A stretch of 64,000 nt of DNA from Candidatus Latescibacterota bacterium. Lineage in GTDB: Bacteria > Latescibacterota > UBA2968. The stretch covers positions 5,568,001 through 5,632,000 of the forward strand of contig OZ241986.1 in the NCBI GenBank assembly GCA_965204375.1. The letters are read 5' to 3'. The position numbers were made by a program, and so were the translations under genes. Of the stretch, positions 29,792-39,107 are shown piece after piece. A model generated the notes under the pieces. The model ran no database searches. It saw nothing but the letters and a program-made list of their open reading frames with translations, and was not told the origin of the DNA. Within the stretch, counting starts at the first letter, position 1; the number at the start of each line of letters is the position of its first letter.

Positions 29792-29818
29792 GGGCAGGCA
29801 CAAGGCACTGCCCCTACA
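29792..29818 (-). repeat. GTAG-type REP palindrome
   Basis: Minus strand TGTAGGGGCAGTGCCTTGTGCCTGCCC. Confidence 0.8.
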
Positions 29819-29828
29819 TCATCTGTGT

Positions 29829-31187
29829 CTATCTGCGTCCATCTGCGGATGCTTTAACAGGCGCAATGTCCAATAGGGCGTTGGTTTTGACGACGTGTCC
29901 GATCAGGTCGTGTTCGGTTGCATCGGTGATTTCGACTTCGACAAAGTCGCCGATGTTTGCAGGGCCTGTGAAGAATACGGCGCCGTCGATTTCTGGGGCG
30001 TCCATTCGCGTGCGTCCGATGTAGTGATATGCCGGGTCGTCTGAGACTTCATCTACGAGTACTTTGAAGGTGCTTCCCAAATGTGCGGCGTTCAATTCGC
30101 CCGATATTTGCGCCTGCAATGCCATCAGGTCGTTCAACCGTTCGCGCTTGATGTCTTCGGGTACGTCGTCTTCCAATGCGCCCGCCTGCGTGCCTTCTTC
30201 GTGTGAATAGGTGAATCCGACGAGGCGGTTGAATTGCATTTCATCGACAAAGTCCATGAGTTCTGCGAAGTGTTCATCGCGTTCGCCGGGAAATCCGGTG
30301 ATGATTGATGATCGGATGGTCAAATTTGGTATGCGTTCGCGCAAGGTGTGGATGAGTTTTCGAATGCCCGCTTTTGTGGTGCCCCGGTTCATGGCTTTTA
30401 GTATGGGGTCTGATGCGTGCTGGATGGGCAGGTCGATGTAGGCGCACAATTTTTCTTCGGTTGCCAACAGGTTGATTAGCTCGTCGCGCCAACCGGTTGG
30501 ATAGGCGTATAACATCCGCACCCAGTCGAGTTTCTCGATTTGGATTAGTTCTTCTATCAGGTCTATCAGCCGGGGTTTGCCGTACAGGTCTGCGCCATAT
30601 CGCATGGTGTCCTGGGCGATGAGGGCGATTTCGCGGACGCCGTTGCCGACCATGCGATAGGCTTCGGCGATGAGACGATCCAGGTTTTCACTTTTGTTTT
30701 TTCCGCGAAAACTCGGGATGGCGCAAAATGCACATGTTCTGTCGCATCCGTCCGAGATTCGCAAGTACGCCCAGTGTTTTGGGGTGAGTAGATGGCGCGC
30801 TTCTGCATCTCGAATGGTGTGTATGCGCGATGTGCCCAACAGGTTATCACAGTGTGCGACGATTTCGCGTTCCCCGGCAAGGCCCACGATCATGTCTGCT
30901 TCGACGAGTTCGGTTTCCAATTCTGTTCGGTATCGCTCGGCCAGGCAGCCCGTGACGATGACGCCGCGACAGCGTCCGTTTTTTTTGTATTCGGCGGCGT
31001 CCATCACGGTTGCTATTGATTCTTCTTTGGCTGGTTCGATGAATCCGCAGGTGTTGACGACGATGATGTCGGCGTCTTCAGCGTCGTCCGAGATGTCGTA
31101 GCCATTGAGCTGGAGGAGGTGGTGCATGCGCTCGGAATCGACGGTATTTTTGGGACAGCCCAGGGTGATGAGGTTGATTGTTGGCAT
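29829..31187 (-). CDS. rimO: Ribosomal protein S12 methylthiotransferase
   Basis: LGCPKN.VDSE, NTCGFI, GCL, CDRTCAFC, DAPEIDG, TRAM domain. Confidence 0.95.
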   Translation of the reverse strand: MPTINLITLGCPKNTVDSERMHHLLQLNGYDISDDAEDADIIVVNTCGFIEPAKEESIATVMDAAEYKKNGRCRGVIVTGCLAERYRTELETELVEADMIVGLAGEREIVAHCDNLLGTSRIHTIRDAEARHLLTPKHWAYLRISDGCDRTCAFCAIPSFRGKNKSENLDRLIAEAYRMVGNGVREIALIAQDTMRYGADLYGKPRLIDLIEELIQIEKLDWVRMLYAYPTGWRDELINLLATEEKLCAYIDLPIQHASDPILKAMNRGTTKAGIRKLIHTLRERIPNLTIRSSIITGFPGERDEHFAELMDFVDEMQFNRLVGFTYSHEEGTQAGALEDDVPEDIKRERLNDLMALQAQISGELNAAHLGSTFKVLVDEVSDDPAYHYIGRTRMDAPEIDGAVFFTGPANIGDFVEVEITDATEHDLIGHVVKTNALLDIAPVKASADGRR

Positions 31188-31209
31188 AGGATATTTTTGG
31201 TTTAAAGGT

Positions 31210-31737
31210 TTATCGCATTGCCATCCAAATAGCCCATGCGTAGCTTGCGATGAGTAGTGCGATTATCGCGGCAAATACAATCGCTTTTGGTTTGCGCGCT
31301 GGTATGTTGAGGAGCATGGCTGCGGTCATTAAAAGATATGTGACGAATAAAATTTGTCCAACGCGTTCGTCGGGCAGGATAAAGCGCGTTGTGAATGCCA
31401 GCGGCAGGAGTAATACCGATGATGGCATTTCGTCCCGGTCTGTGTCTGACAATTTTATGGCGTAAATACCTGTATATCCGATGAGCAATGCGACGGATAA
31501 GGCGCCTTTTAATCCAAAGCAATAGGCAAAAATAGCGGGTGCAAAACCATAGGTGCAAATTGCAATGAGGCGGTTGAGGGCGACGTGTTTTGGGTCGCGC
31601 CAGATATTGAGCAGGGCGGCGAATAGCAGAGCTATGAGGGCGGCTTCGTATTGCGCGTGTATGGCATAGATCGCGATGCCAAAGGCAAAGAACAGGCCCG
31701 ATAGCGCGATTAATCTGGAGGGTGTTTTCGACTTCAT
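31210..31737 (-). CDS. Membrane protein resembling a degenerate PssA
   Basis: YGFAPAIFAY, MPS and LLNIP.RKP resemble the PssA C-half. The CDP-alcohol DGxxAR motif is absent. Coupled to psd. Confidence 0.5.
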   Translation of the reverse strand: MKSKTPSRLIALSGLFFAFGIAIYAIHAQYEAALIALLFAALLNIWRDPKHVALNRLIAICTYGFAPAIFAYCFGLKGALSVALLIGYTGIYAIKLSDTDRDEMPSSVLLLPLAFTTRFILPDERVGQILFVTYLLMTAAMLLNIPARKPKAIVFAAIIALLIASYAWAIWMAMR

Positions 31738-32633
31738 GATACGGCCTGTACGCCCAGTTGTGATCCCGCGTGTACCTGGACTTCGATGCCTGCTTGTGTG
31801 TCGCGGGTCAGGTCATTGTCAAAGACAATGCGCCCAGACTCAAACAGGAGTACCAGAGTAGATCCTCCAAATTGGAAGTAGCCCTTTTCCTGCCCTCGCT
31901 CTACATTGCCCGGCTGGTATGTTTGGACGATGCGCCCCACGCCCCAGCCCGCTACTTCCATGATCATGATGTGGCCAAAGTGTTCGGTTTCGAGGTATGT
32001 TATTTCGCGTTTGTTGTGGGCAAATAAGTCGGGTTTTACGTCGAGGGCAATGGGGTTGACGAGATAATAGCGTCCAGAGATTTTAGCAGATGCTGTGGCG
32101 ATGCCGGCGACGGGAAAATGGTAGCGGTGGTAGTCTGCGGGGGCCAATCGAATGACGAGTGCAGCGCCATTTCTATAGGGGATTGCGGATTCTTTTGATG
32201 ATAGGAGGTGTGCAATATCGACATGGGATCCTTTGACTGGTAAACGGGTTTGTGCATTCAGTTTGGGATATGCGAGTACTTTTCCGTCGGCGGGTGAACA
32301 GAAGATGTGGGGATCTGCGATAAAGGGGCGTGCGTCGGGTTTGAGTTTGCGCGAGAAAAAGGCGTTTAGATTTTTGTATTGGTTCAGGGGCAATTCGATT
32401 TCGTCGAGGTTGATGTCGTATTTTTGGACGAATGGTTGGATTTTTTTTTGCGATCCCGATAGGTCCATCCATTTGCCGAGTAGCCAGCAAAATGGGTATG
32501 TGTTCAGGAGGATGTTGTATATAAATATCGCGATGCGAGATCGCGCAACAGCATATTGAACGCGGGGCAATATGAGCGGTTCGGAGATCATTTCATCTGT
32601 TTTGCGGTTGCGATAGGTTATTTGCTCGGTCAT
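31734..32633 (-). CDS. psd: Phosphatidylserine decarboxylase proenzyme
   Basis: FFSRKLK, SPADG, RLAPADYHRYHFP, FGGST cleavage motif. Confidence 0.93.
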   Translation of the reverse strand: MTEQITYRNRKTDEMISEPLILPRVQYAVARSRIAIFIYNILLNTYPFCWLLGKWMDLSGSQKKIQPFVQKYDINLDEIELPLNQYKNLNAFFSRKLKPDARPFIADPHIFCSPADGKVLAYPKLNAQTRLPVKGSHVDIAHLLSSKESAIPYRNGAALVIRLAPADYHRYHFPVAGIATASAKISGRYYLVNPIALDVKPDLFAHNKREITYLETEHFGHIMIMEVAGWGVGRIVQTYQPGNVERGQEKGYFQFGGSTLVLLFESGRIVFDNDLTRDTQAGIEVQVHAGSQLGVQAVS

Positions 32634-32652
32634 GGGTGAGGTGTGCCTGAAG

Positions 32653-33300
32653 CTATGTGAAAGATTTGGGCCAAAATTTTTCTGGCCGGGTTTCAAAGGT
32701 CATGCGTTCCTTTTTTGTCGGGTGCGTTATGGTCAGGGCCTGTGCGTGGAGGGCGATGGCGCGGTTGGGAAATGGTTTGCGCGATCCGTACTTAAAGTCG
32801 CCCATTACGGGGTGGCCTATGTCCGCGAGTTGTACGCGTATTTGATGATGGCGCCCGGTGGCGAGGTCCACGCGCACTGAGGATATGCCTTTGTGGTATG
32901 CCAGTCGCTCGTACGTGAGTTCTGCGCGTTGTCCATGAGGGGCGTTTACGATGCGGCTTTTTGTCTGTCGCCGCGCGATGTGGTTTACGAGGTGGCCGTT
33001 TTCGGGAATTTTGCCGTGGACGAGAGCGATATAGCGTTTTTCTACGGTTCGCTCTCGAAATTGTTGCGATAAGCGGCGCGCTGATGTCGATGTGCGCGCA
33101 AAGACGACGACACCTGATACGGGACGGTCCAATCGGTGTACGAGTCCGAGAAATACGTTGCCGGGTTTGTTGAATTTGACTTTGAGATAGGCTTTGCCTA
33201 TGTCCAGCAAGTTTTCGTCGCCGGTGTGGTTGCCCTGTACGAGTATGCCAGCGGGTTTGCGTACGACCAGCAGGTGATTGTCGAGGTAGAGGATGTCCAT
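32653..33300 (-). CDS. RluA-family pseudouridine synthase
   Basis: KPAG, HRLDRPVSG, TGRHHQIR, GD.KYG, LHA. Confidence 0.93.
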   Translation of the reverse strand: MDILYLDNHLLVVRKPAGILVQGNHTGDENLLDIGKAYLKVKFNKPGNVFLGLVHRLDRPVSGVVVFARTSTSARRLSQQFRERTVEKRYIALVHGKIPENGHLVNHIARRQTKSRIVNAPHGQRAELTYERLAYHKGISSVRVDLATGRHHQIRVQLADIGHPVMGDFKYGSRKPFPNRAIALHAQALTITHPTKKERMTFETRPEKFWPKSFT

Positions 33301-33426
33301 TGTGATTGAAATTTACATGCTAAATAGTAAATGCGCAACTGATGTGGGCATTTTGCGGTTGACCGCAGGATGTGAATGGGATAGCTTGCAGCGGTTGGTG
33401 GATGGTGGTTTAGCTTCTTGCGAGAG

Positions 33427-34872
33427 ATGAAGATGAAAAATTTTTTTGTTTTGTTCATGATAGTCAGCGCGCCTCTCAGTGCAGATGAAAGTCTTCATCG
33501 GGCTGCGATTGATGCGATGGTTGTGGCGACGCGCTATTTTCGCACCGATGTTGCGTCTCATGGCGGTTATCTGTGGCGGTATAAGACCGATTTTTCTATG
33601 CGCGAGGGCGAGGGTACGGCGTCGCCTTCGACGATCTGGGTGCAGCCGCCGGGTACGCCTGCTGTGGGTATGGCGTTTTTGGAGGCGTATGAGGCTACGG
33701 GCGATACGCTGTTTCTCAATGGTGCTGTTGAGACGGCACGCGCGCTTGTGTGGGGACAACTCGCTTCTGGCGGTTGGGATTATCGCATTGATTTTGATGC
33801 CGAAGGAAGTAAGCGCTGGCACTTTCGGCGCGATGTGGAACGGGGCGATGTGCATAGGGGTGATCGCCGCAATCGCACGACGCTTGACGATAATAATACG
33901 CAGAGTGCCTTGCAATTGTTGATGCGGGTGGATAAGGTGCAAAATTTTGAGGATGGGGATATTCACGCGGCGGTGCTATTTGGTCTCGATGCGCTTCTCA
34001 AGGCGCAGTATCCAAATGGCGCGTGGCCGCAGCGGTTTGAGGTTTTTCCCGATTTGGAAAAATTTCCGGTGAAGAGGGCGCGTTATCCCGAAACGTGGTC
34101 GCGGACCTATCCCAATACGCGGTATTTGGATTATTATACGTTTAATGATAATGCGATTGCCGATGTGATCGAGACGATGGTTGAGGCGTACGATGTTTAC
34201 GGGGATGATCGCTTTCTCGATGCGGCTAAGCGCGGTGGCGATTTTATTATTCTGGCGCAGATGCCCGAGCCACAGCCCGCGTGGGCGCAGCAGTATAATC
34301 TGGATATGGAGCCGACATGGGCGCGTCGTTTTGAGCCGCCTTCTGTTACAGGTGGCGAGAGTTTTGGGGTTTTGCAAATGCTTTTGGATTTGTATTTGGC
34401 GACTGGGGAGGAACGCTTTTTGGATCCGATTCCCAGTGCGCTGGATTGGGCAAAACGCTCGCGTTTGCCCGATGGTCGCCTGGCGCGGTTTTACGAGCTT
34501 CAGACCAATCGCCCGCTGTTTTTTACCCGCGATTATGTGCTTACGTATGACGATTCGGATTTGCCCACGCATTATGCGTTTAAGGTGAGTGGAAATCGGA
34601 TTGAGAGGGTTGAGGTTCTGTACAATCGCGTGATGGCAGAGGGGCGGGAGAAGATTTTATCTGAGCGCGGGCGCGTTACAAGCCCGGGTGCTGATCGCGT
34701 GAAAGAAGTTATTGACGCGCTCGATGACCGGGGTCGCTGGGTCGAGCAGGGGACGTTGAGAAATCCAGAGAACCGGCGCGAGCGCATTGAGGCGGAGATT
34801 CTTTCGTGTCGCACTTTTATTCGAAATCTGAGCTTGCTGGCGCGTTATGTGAGAAGTGTGATCCGCAGATGA
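33427..34872 (+). CDS. Secreted PelA/PL10-like (alpha/alpha)-barrel lyase
   Basis: Signal peptide; TLDDNNTQ, QYPNGAWPQ, TFNDN, WAQQY, ARRFEP. Confidence 0.75.
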   Translation: MKMKNFFVLFMIVSAPLSADESLHRAAIDAMVVATRYFRTDVASHGGYLWRYKTDFSMREGEGTASPSTIWVQPPGTPAVGMAFLEAYEATGDTLFLNGAVETARALVWGQLASGGWDYRIDFDAEGSKRWHFRRDVERGDVHRGDRRNRTTLDDNNTQSALQLLMRVDKVQNFEDGDIHAAVLFGLDALLKAQYPNGAWPQRFEVFPDLEKFPVKRARYPETWSRTYPNTRYLDYYTFNDNAIADVIETMVEAYDVYGDDRFLDAAKRGGDFIILAQMPEPQPAWAQQYNLDMEPTWARRFEPPSVTGGESFGVLQMLLDLYLATGEERFLDPIPSALDWAKRSRLPDGRLARFYELQTNRPLFFTRDYVLTYDDSDLPTHYAFKVSGNRIERVEVLYNRVMAEGREKILSERGRVTSPGADRVKEVIDALDDRGRWVEQGTLRNPENRRERIEAEILSCRTFIRNLSLLARYVRSVIRR

Positions 34873-34920
34873 ACGCAGATGAACGCAGATTTGTAAACGC
34901 AATACAAATAAGGAGATGCT

Positions 34921-35841
34921 ATGCCCGAACTCGAAACGCGACGTCTTGGTCGCACTGAACTTAAACCTAAAGCGATTGGTCTTGGTTGTGCTTTTCTCGG
35001 TAGTCCGCAGCGGGTTGCCGATGATGAGGGGATTGCGACTGTGCGAGAGGCGATTGATCGGGGGATTAATTTTATCGATACGTCTGCTGCTTATGGCGGG
35101 GGCGAGAGCGAGCGGCGCGTGGGTCTGGCGCTTCAAGGGGGGTACCGGGAGAAGGTTTATTTGCAGACTAAGGCGGGTACCCATCGGGATAGGCGGCACG
35201 ATTTTTCGGCCGAGTCGATCCGGTGGACGGTGGAGAATAGTCTTAGACAACTCAAGACGGATTATATCGATGCGGTGCTTATCCACGATCCACGGGATAT
35301 TGAAGAGGCTTATTCCCCGGGGTATGCTTCGGATGAGCTTTTGAAGATGCGGGATGAGGGGCTGATCGGATATACGGGTGTTGGCTGTCGTTCGCACGAT
35401 TTTCACCGCTATGCGATTGAGACGGGGGGTTGCGATATTGTGATTACGTTTCTCGATTATACGTTGCTGAGTCAGACGGCTGCACAGACGACGATTCCTC
35501 TCGCGCTTGAACACGATGTGGGTGTTATTCTGGCGAGTGTGCAGGGTATGGGCTTGCTGGCGGGTCCCAGGCCCGATGTCGAGTTGTCTGGCCGCCGGTA
35601 TCCGGGACAGGGTGATCGCGCTGTTGCGATGTGGGAGTGGTGCAATGCGCGTGGGATTAGTATTCGCCGATTCGCTCTGCAGTTTTGTCTGGCTGCACCT
35701 TTAAATGGAAATGGTATGCTTCTGGTGGGACCAGCTTCTCCCCAAGAACTCGACGAGGTGCTCTCCGATGCCACCGCCGATGTCGATCTCGATCTGTGGG
35801 GGGAATTTGAGAGGACGTTTGGCGTGGGGTTGGAAGTGTGA
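34921..35841 (+). CDS. Aldo/keto reductase
   Basis: RRLGRT, IDTS..YG, QTK, SL..LKTDYID...IH. Confidence 0.9.
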   Translation: MPELETRRLGRTELKPKAIGLGCAFLGSPQRVADDEGIATVREAIDRGINFIDTSAAYGGGESERRVGLALQGGYREKVYLQTKAGTHRDRRHDFSAESIRWTVENSLRQLKTDYIDAVLIHDPRDIEEAYSPGYASDELLKMRDEGLIGYTGVGCRSHDFHRYAIETGGCDIVITFLDYTLLSQTAAQTTIPLALEHDVGVILASVQGMGLLAGPRPDVELSGRRYPGQGDRAVAMWEWCNARGISIRRFALQFCLAAPLNGNGMLLVGPASPQELDEVLSDATADVDLDLWGEFERTFGVGLEV

Positions 35842-35884
35842 AGTGGGATACAGGTGAGACGTTAAAGACCGTCCAGTGTATAAT

Positions 35885-35971
35885 TGTAGGGGCGGGTCCC
35901 CGTGCCCGCCCGTCATCGCGGCAGGATTAAAGCCGCGATTCAGTATTTGTTGTAGGGGCGACCCCTTGTGG
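35885..35971 (+). repeat. REP cluster (full REP, GTCATCGCGG hairpin, half REP)
   Basis: TGTAGGGGCGGGTCCCCGTGCCCGCCC; ATCGCGGC...GCCGCGAT; TGTAGGGGCGACCCC. Confidence 0.8.
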
Positions 35972-35983
35972 ATATCTAACAAC

Positions 35984-36205
35984 ATGGCAACCAGCAGAAC
36001 CTTTTACAAATATCACTTTAAGTTGGGCAATCGTATTGTCCACACAGGCATCACCAGAGACATTGATCGCCGCGAGGCCGAGCATCAGCGAAAACCCGGC
36101 TGGAGCAGAGGCCACATTTTTCAGGTCGGTTTTCGTACCACCCGAGAAGCTGCGCTACAATGGGAAGCGGAACAACGGCGACTGGGCAAGCCAACAGGGC
36201 CGTAA
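35984..36205 (+). CDS. 73-aa minimal GIY-YIG-like protein
   Basis: YKY...HTGITRDIDRREAEH...A..WE. Confidence 0.6.
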   Translation: MATSRTFYKYHFKLGNRIVHTGITRDIDRREAEHQRKPGWSRGHIFQVGFRTTREAALQWEAEQRRLGKPTGP

Positions 36206-36224
36206 TGTCTGAGAAAATCCCCTA

Positions 36225-36653
36225 ATGGAGTATGCTATGATATCGCCCCTGAAGAAGATTTTGTTCCATCAGGGCGGACTGAAGCACCTTCGCACCCCCC
36301 AAGATGAGACGGCTGAATTTTTGGTGCGACACCGCAATCTGGATGTGGGGCATCTCACGCTTCGAGGCGGAAAGTGGCATTTCGAGTACACGGAAAGTTT
36401 CCGGGGAAAGAAAGACATCTGCCCAATCATAGACTTCCCGCATCTCGACAAACACTACGAATCTGATGTATTGTGGCCGTTTTTCGTGATTCGCATTCCC
36501 GGCTTAGGACAACCGGCTATTCAGCGCGTGATCCGCGAGGAGAATCTCGACCCACACAATGAAGTCCAACTGCTCAAGCGTTTTGGCAAAACCACAATTG
36601 CCAATCCGTTTATCTTGATCCCCAAAGACAATCCCGCCAAACCCGAAGAGTGA
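36225..36653 (+). CDS. HipA N-terminal domain protein (HipS-like), no kinase partner
   Basis: VGHL...W.FEY, FP...K.Y.S..LWPFF..RIP. Confidence 0.75.
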   Translation: MEYAMISPLKKILFHQGGLKHLRTPQDETAEFLVRHRNLDVGHLTLRGGKWHFEYTESFRGKKDICPIIDFPHLDKHYESDVLWPFFVIRIPGLGQPAIQRVIREENLDPHNEVQLLKRFGKTTIANPFILIPKDNPAKPEE

Positions 36654-36672
36654 TTATCTCCTTCAAGCTATT

Positions 36673-36710
36673 TAAAGCCCAACGGCATCTTCTAAACCGT
36701 TGGGCTTTTT
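36673..36710. terminator. Hairpin terminator
   Basis: AAAGCCCAACGG...CCGTTGGGCTTTTT. Confidence 0.7.
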
Positions 36711-36904
36711 CTTTTGGGGCTTCACTGATGGTTTCAGTAGATTTGTTGCTGAGCATGAGAGCAGAGGACCACGAGCAAAATCGGTCTTGATAAATTCCGA
36801 TTCTCAATGTATTCTGATTGGGAATGCGACAGAAGACAGCGAGTAATTTGAGCTATCCAGCGAGTCTGATAACCTGAAATGGACACAGTCGGTTTGAATA
36901 TAGC

Positions 36905-37114
36905 TCAAGTCGGCGGAGGTTGCATTTCCGGCTCTTTCAACACTTGGTCGAGTGAAACCCGACCCGATTCAATGGCCAGAACGGCTCTTAGAACGTGCAG
37001 TTCAAACATCATTTCATCGTCGGGAAATTCAGATCTGACTTGATGGCATATTTGATCCAGATGCACGTTTTTGATGCCGGTTCGGCGTGCAGCCCTGAGA
37101 TAGTCAAACATCAT
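36905..37114 (-). CDS. Small protein downstream of PIN toxin, putative antitoxin
   Basis: EFPDDEMMFELH motif; 11-bp gap from the PIN gene. Confidence 0.55.
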   Translation of the reverse strand: MMFDYLRAARRTGIKNVHLDQICHQVRSEFPDDEMMFELHVLRAVLAIESGRVSLDQVLKEPEMQPPPT

Positions 37115-37125
37115 AATTGGAATCC

Positions 37126-37572
37126 TTAAACCTCGGGTGGTGCAATAATTTCTATCGTGGGGTATCCGTTAAAAATGTTGACTTCATTGACCCTTGCCCG
37201 GCGGCGGTTGACCAGATGCCTGAAATTCCAGCTTACCAGAATATCCTGGCGAGAAATTGTAGCGGTAGCAACATGAAGTGCATCGTTCAAAGTTGCGGGA
37301 GAAAAAATACCGTTTTCCAGATAAAGGTTTGCAAGATACTCGACCGAATCGTCAATTGGGACAAGAATTAAATTGCCAATGTGGTTTAGCATCTGATTTT
37401 TGCGGGTTTCATCCTGGGTATTCTGGATCTCTGTTTTTGTGAGTTCAGAGATGCTGAACTCATGCTCAACCGACAGTTTCCAGAATGCAACTGTGTCTTT
37501 TTGTCTTTCGGGATATCGGTCATCAAAATAGGTGCTGACAACCGAAGTATCCAAATATATCTTAAGTGCCAA
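37126..37572 (-). CDS. PIN-domain (VapC-like) ribonuclease
   Basis: TTG start after AGGAG. IYLDTSV, DALHVA, LVSWNFRHL. Confidence 0.85.
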   Translation of the reverse strand: MALKIYLDTSVVSTYFDDRYPERQKDTVAFWKLSVEHEFSISELTKTEIQNTQDETRKNQMLNHIGNLILVPIDDSVEYLANLYLENGIFSPATLNDALHVATATISRQDILVSWNFRHLVNRRRARVNEVNIFNGYPTIEIIAPPEV

Positions 37573-37686
37573 ACGATTCTCCTGTTTGTTACAAATATAC
37601 AAAAAAAAGAGACCAAGACAAAGGGCGAGCTAATTGGTCATTCACAAGGTCCTCCTACAACAAGGACATATAACAAAGGAATACAC

Positions 37687-38433
37687 ATGAAAAAAATTCT
37701 CATTACAGGCATGAGTGGGCTTATTGGCGGGGCTGTTCGCGAGCAGCTTGAGGGCAAGTATGAGTTGCGTGCGCTCAATCGCCGCGATGTGGCTGGGGTG
37801 GATTGTCGTCGCGCTGATATTTCGGATTTTGACGCGATTTGTCCTGCGTTTGAGGGGGTTGATACGGTTGTGCATCTGGCTGCTGCGATTAGAAGCGATT
37901 TTGAGGGGTTTGTCGCGCACAATATCGTGGGGACTTATAATGTTTTTGAAGCGGCACTTTGCGCCGGGGTCAAGCGCGTTATTTTTGCCAGTAGCGGTTC
38001 GGTGACAGCGGGTTGGGAGAATGATTCGCCTTATGATGCGATTGTGTCGGGGCGATACGATGAGGTGCCCGAGTCTTGGGATAAGTTTTCACACAGGACG
38101 CCTACGCGCCCGCGCGGGATTTACGGCTGTACAAAGGTCTGGGGCGAGGCTTTGGCACGGCATTATGCCGATAGTACGGATCTGTCTGTTATTTGTCTGC
38201 GTATTGGTGCGGTGAATGCCGAGGATCGGCCCAATGGGACGCGCGGTTATTCTGTGTGGTGCAGTCAAAGTACGATTGCTGGCATGGTTGAGTCGTGTAT
38301 TGAGGTGTCCGCTGATCTCAAGTTTGATATTTTTTATGTTGTTTCGAATAATAAGTACAGTTATCGGGATATGACGCATGCGCGCGATGTGCTGGGTTTT
38401 GAACCCGAGGGTGATGCGGAGGCGTATCGGTGA
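37687..38433 (+). CDS. NAD-dependent epimerase/dehydrogenase (uronate dehydrogenase-like)
   Basis: TGMSGLIG, HLAA, FASS, YGCTK. Confidence 0.88.
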   Translation: MKKILITGMSGLIGGAVREQLEGKYELRALNRRDVAGVDCRRADISDFDAICPAFEGVDTVVHLAAAIRSDFEGFVAHNIVGTYNVFEAALCAGVKRVIFASSGSVTAGWENDSPYDAIVSGRYDEVPESWDKFSHRTPTRPRGIYGCTKVWGEALARHYADSTDLSVICLRIGAVNAEDRPNGTRGYSVWCSQSTIAGMVESCIEVSADLKFDIFYVVSNNKYSYRDMTHARDVLGFEPEGDAEAYR

Positions 38434-39107
38434 ATTATACCACTATTTTTTTTGATGGGTATGGGACGCTTTTTGACAAGGCGTTTGACGCGCTGTACGA
38501 GACGTGTCAGGTTATTGTCGATGATTTGCAGATCGATATGAGCAAGGAGGCGTTTCTCGATCACTGGGACCGCTACTTTTTTCCCCTGTTGAGAGAGGGG
38601 GATTTTATTTCGTTTTGGGATGCGCATATTATCGGTCTGGAGAAGACGTTTGCGGATTTGAATGTGCGGGGGAATCCCGAGTCTTATATGACAGGTCTTT
38701 TTGACGCTTTTGGCCGCGTGCCCGTGTTTTGCGATGTGAAACCGGCTATTGATGCATTGTCCGATGTGAAAACCGGGGTGATTTCCAATGCGGATCACGA
38801 GCATCTTACTTTGGCTTTGCGTGCGAATGAGCTGAGTTTTCCGGTTGTGATTAGTTCGGAGTCCGCACGGTGTTACAAGCCGAATCCCGATATTTTCTTT
38901 TCTGCTTTTGAGGCTCTCGGTGCCGATCCCGATCAGACTCTGTATGTCGGAGATTCTCAGGAGGACGATATTGTGGGGGCAAGGCGGGCGGGTATTTCCG
39001 TTGCGTGGCTCAATCGGGATGGGGCTGTGCGGCGGGATGGTATTCCGGAGCCTGATTATGAGATCAGTAGTTTATCGGCGTTGTGCAATATTCTTGGAGA
39101 GGAATGA
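38430..39107 (+). CDS. HAD-family hydrolase
   Basis: FDGYGTL, ISN, KP.P.IF, VGDS..DDI.GA. Confidence 0.9.
   Translation: MNYTTIFFDGYGTLFDKAFDALYETCQVIVDDLQIDMSKEAFLDHWDRYFFPLLREGDFISFWDAHIIGLEKTFADLNVRGNPESYMTGLFDAFGRVPVFCDVKPAIDALSDVKTGVISNADHEHLTLALRANELSFPVVISSESARCYKPNPDIFFSAFEALGADPDQTLYVGDSQEDDIVGARRAGISVAWLNRDGAVRRDGIPEPDYEISSLSALCNILGEE

Noticed and set aside
33301-33426. Intergenic hairpin CATTTTGCGG-TTGA-CCGCAGGATG as an ncRNA
   Set aside because: Single hairpin with no recognisable family features.
36676-36704. GCCCAAC...GTTGGGC matches integron attC core sites
   Set aside because: Only about 29 bp, far below attC length. No L boxes or integrase, and a T-tract follows, so it is a terminator.
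28550-36853. 15-mer GCGAGTAATTTGAGC shared by 28550-64 (minus) and 36839-53 (plus)
   Set aside because: A few chance 15-mer matches are expected in 64 kb on both strands, and the match does not extend.
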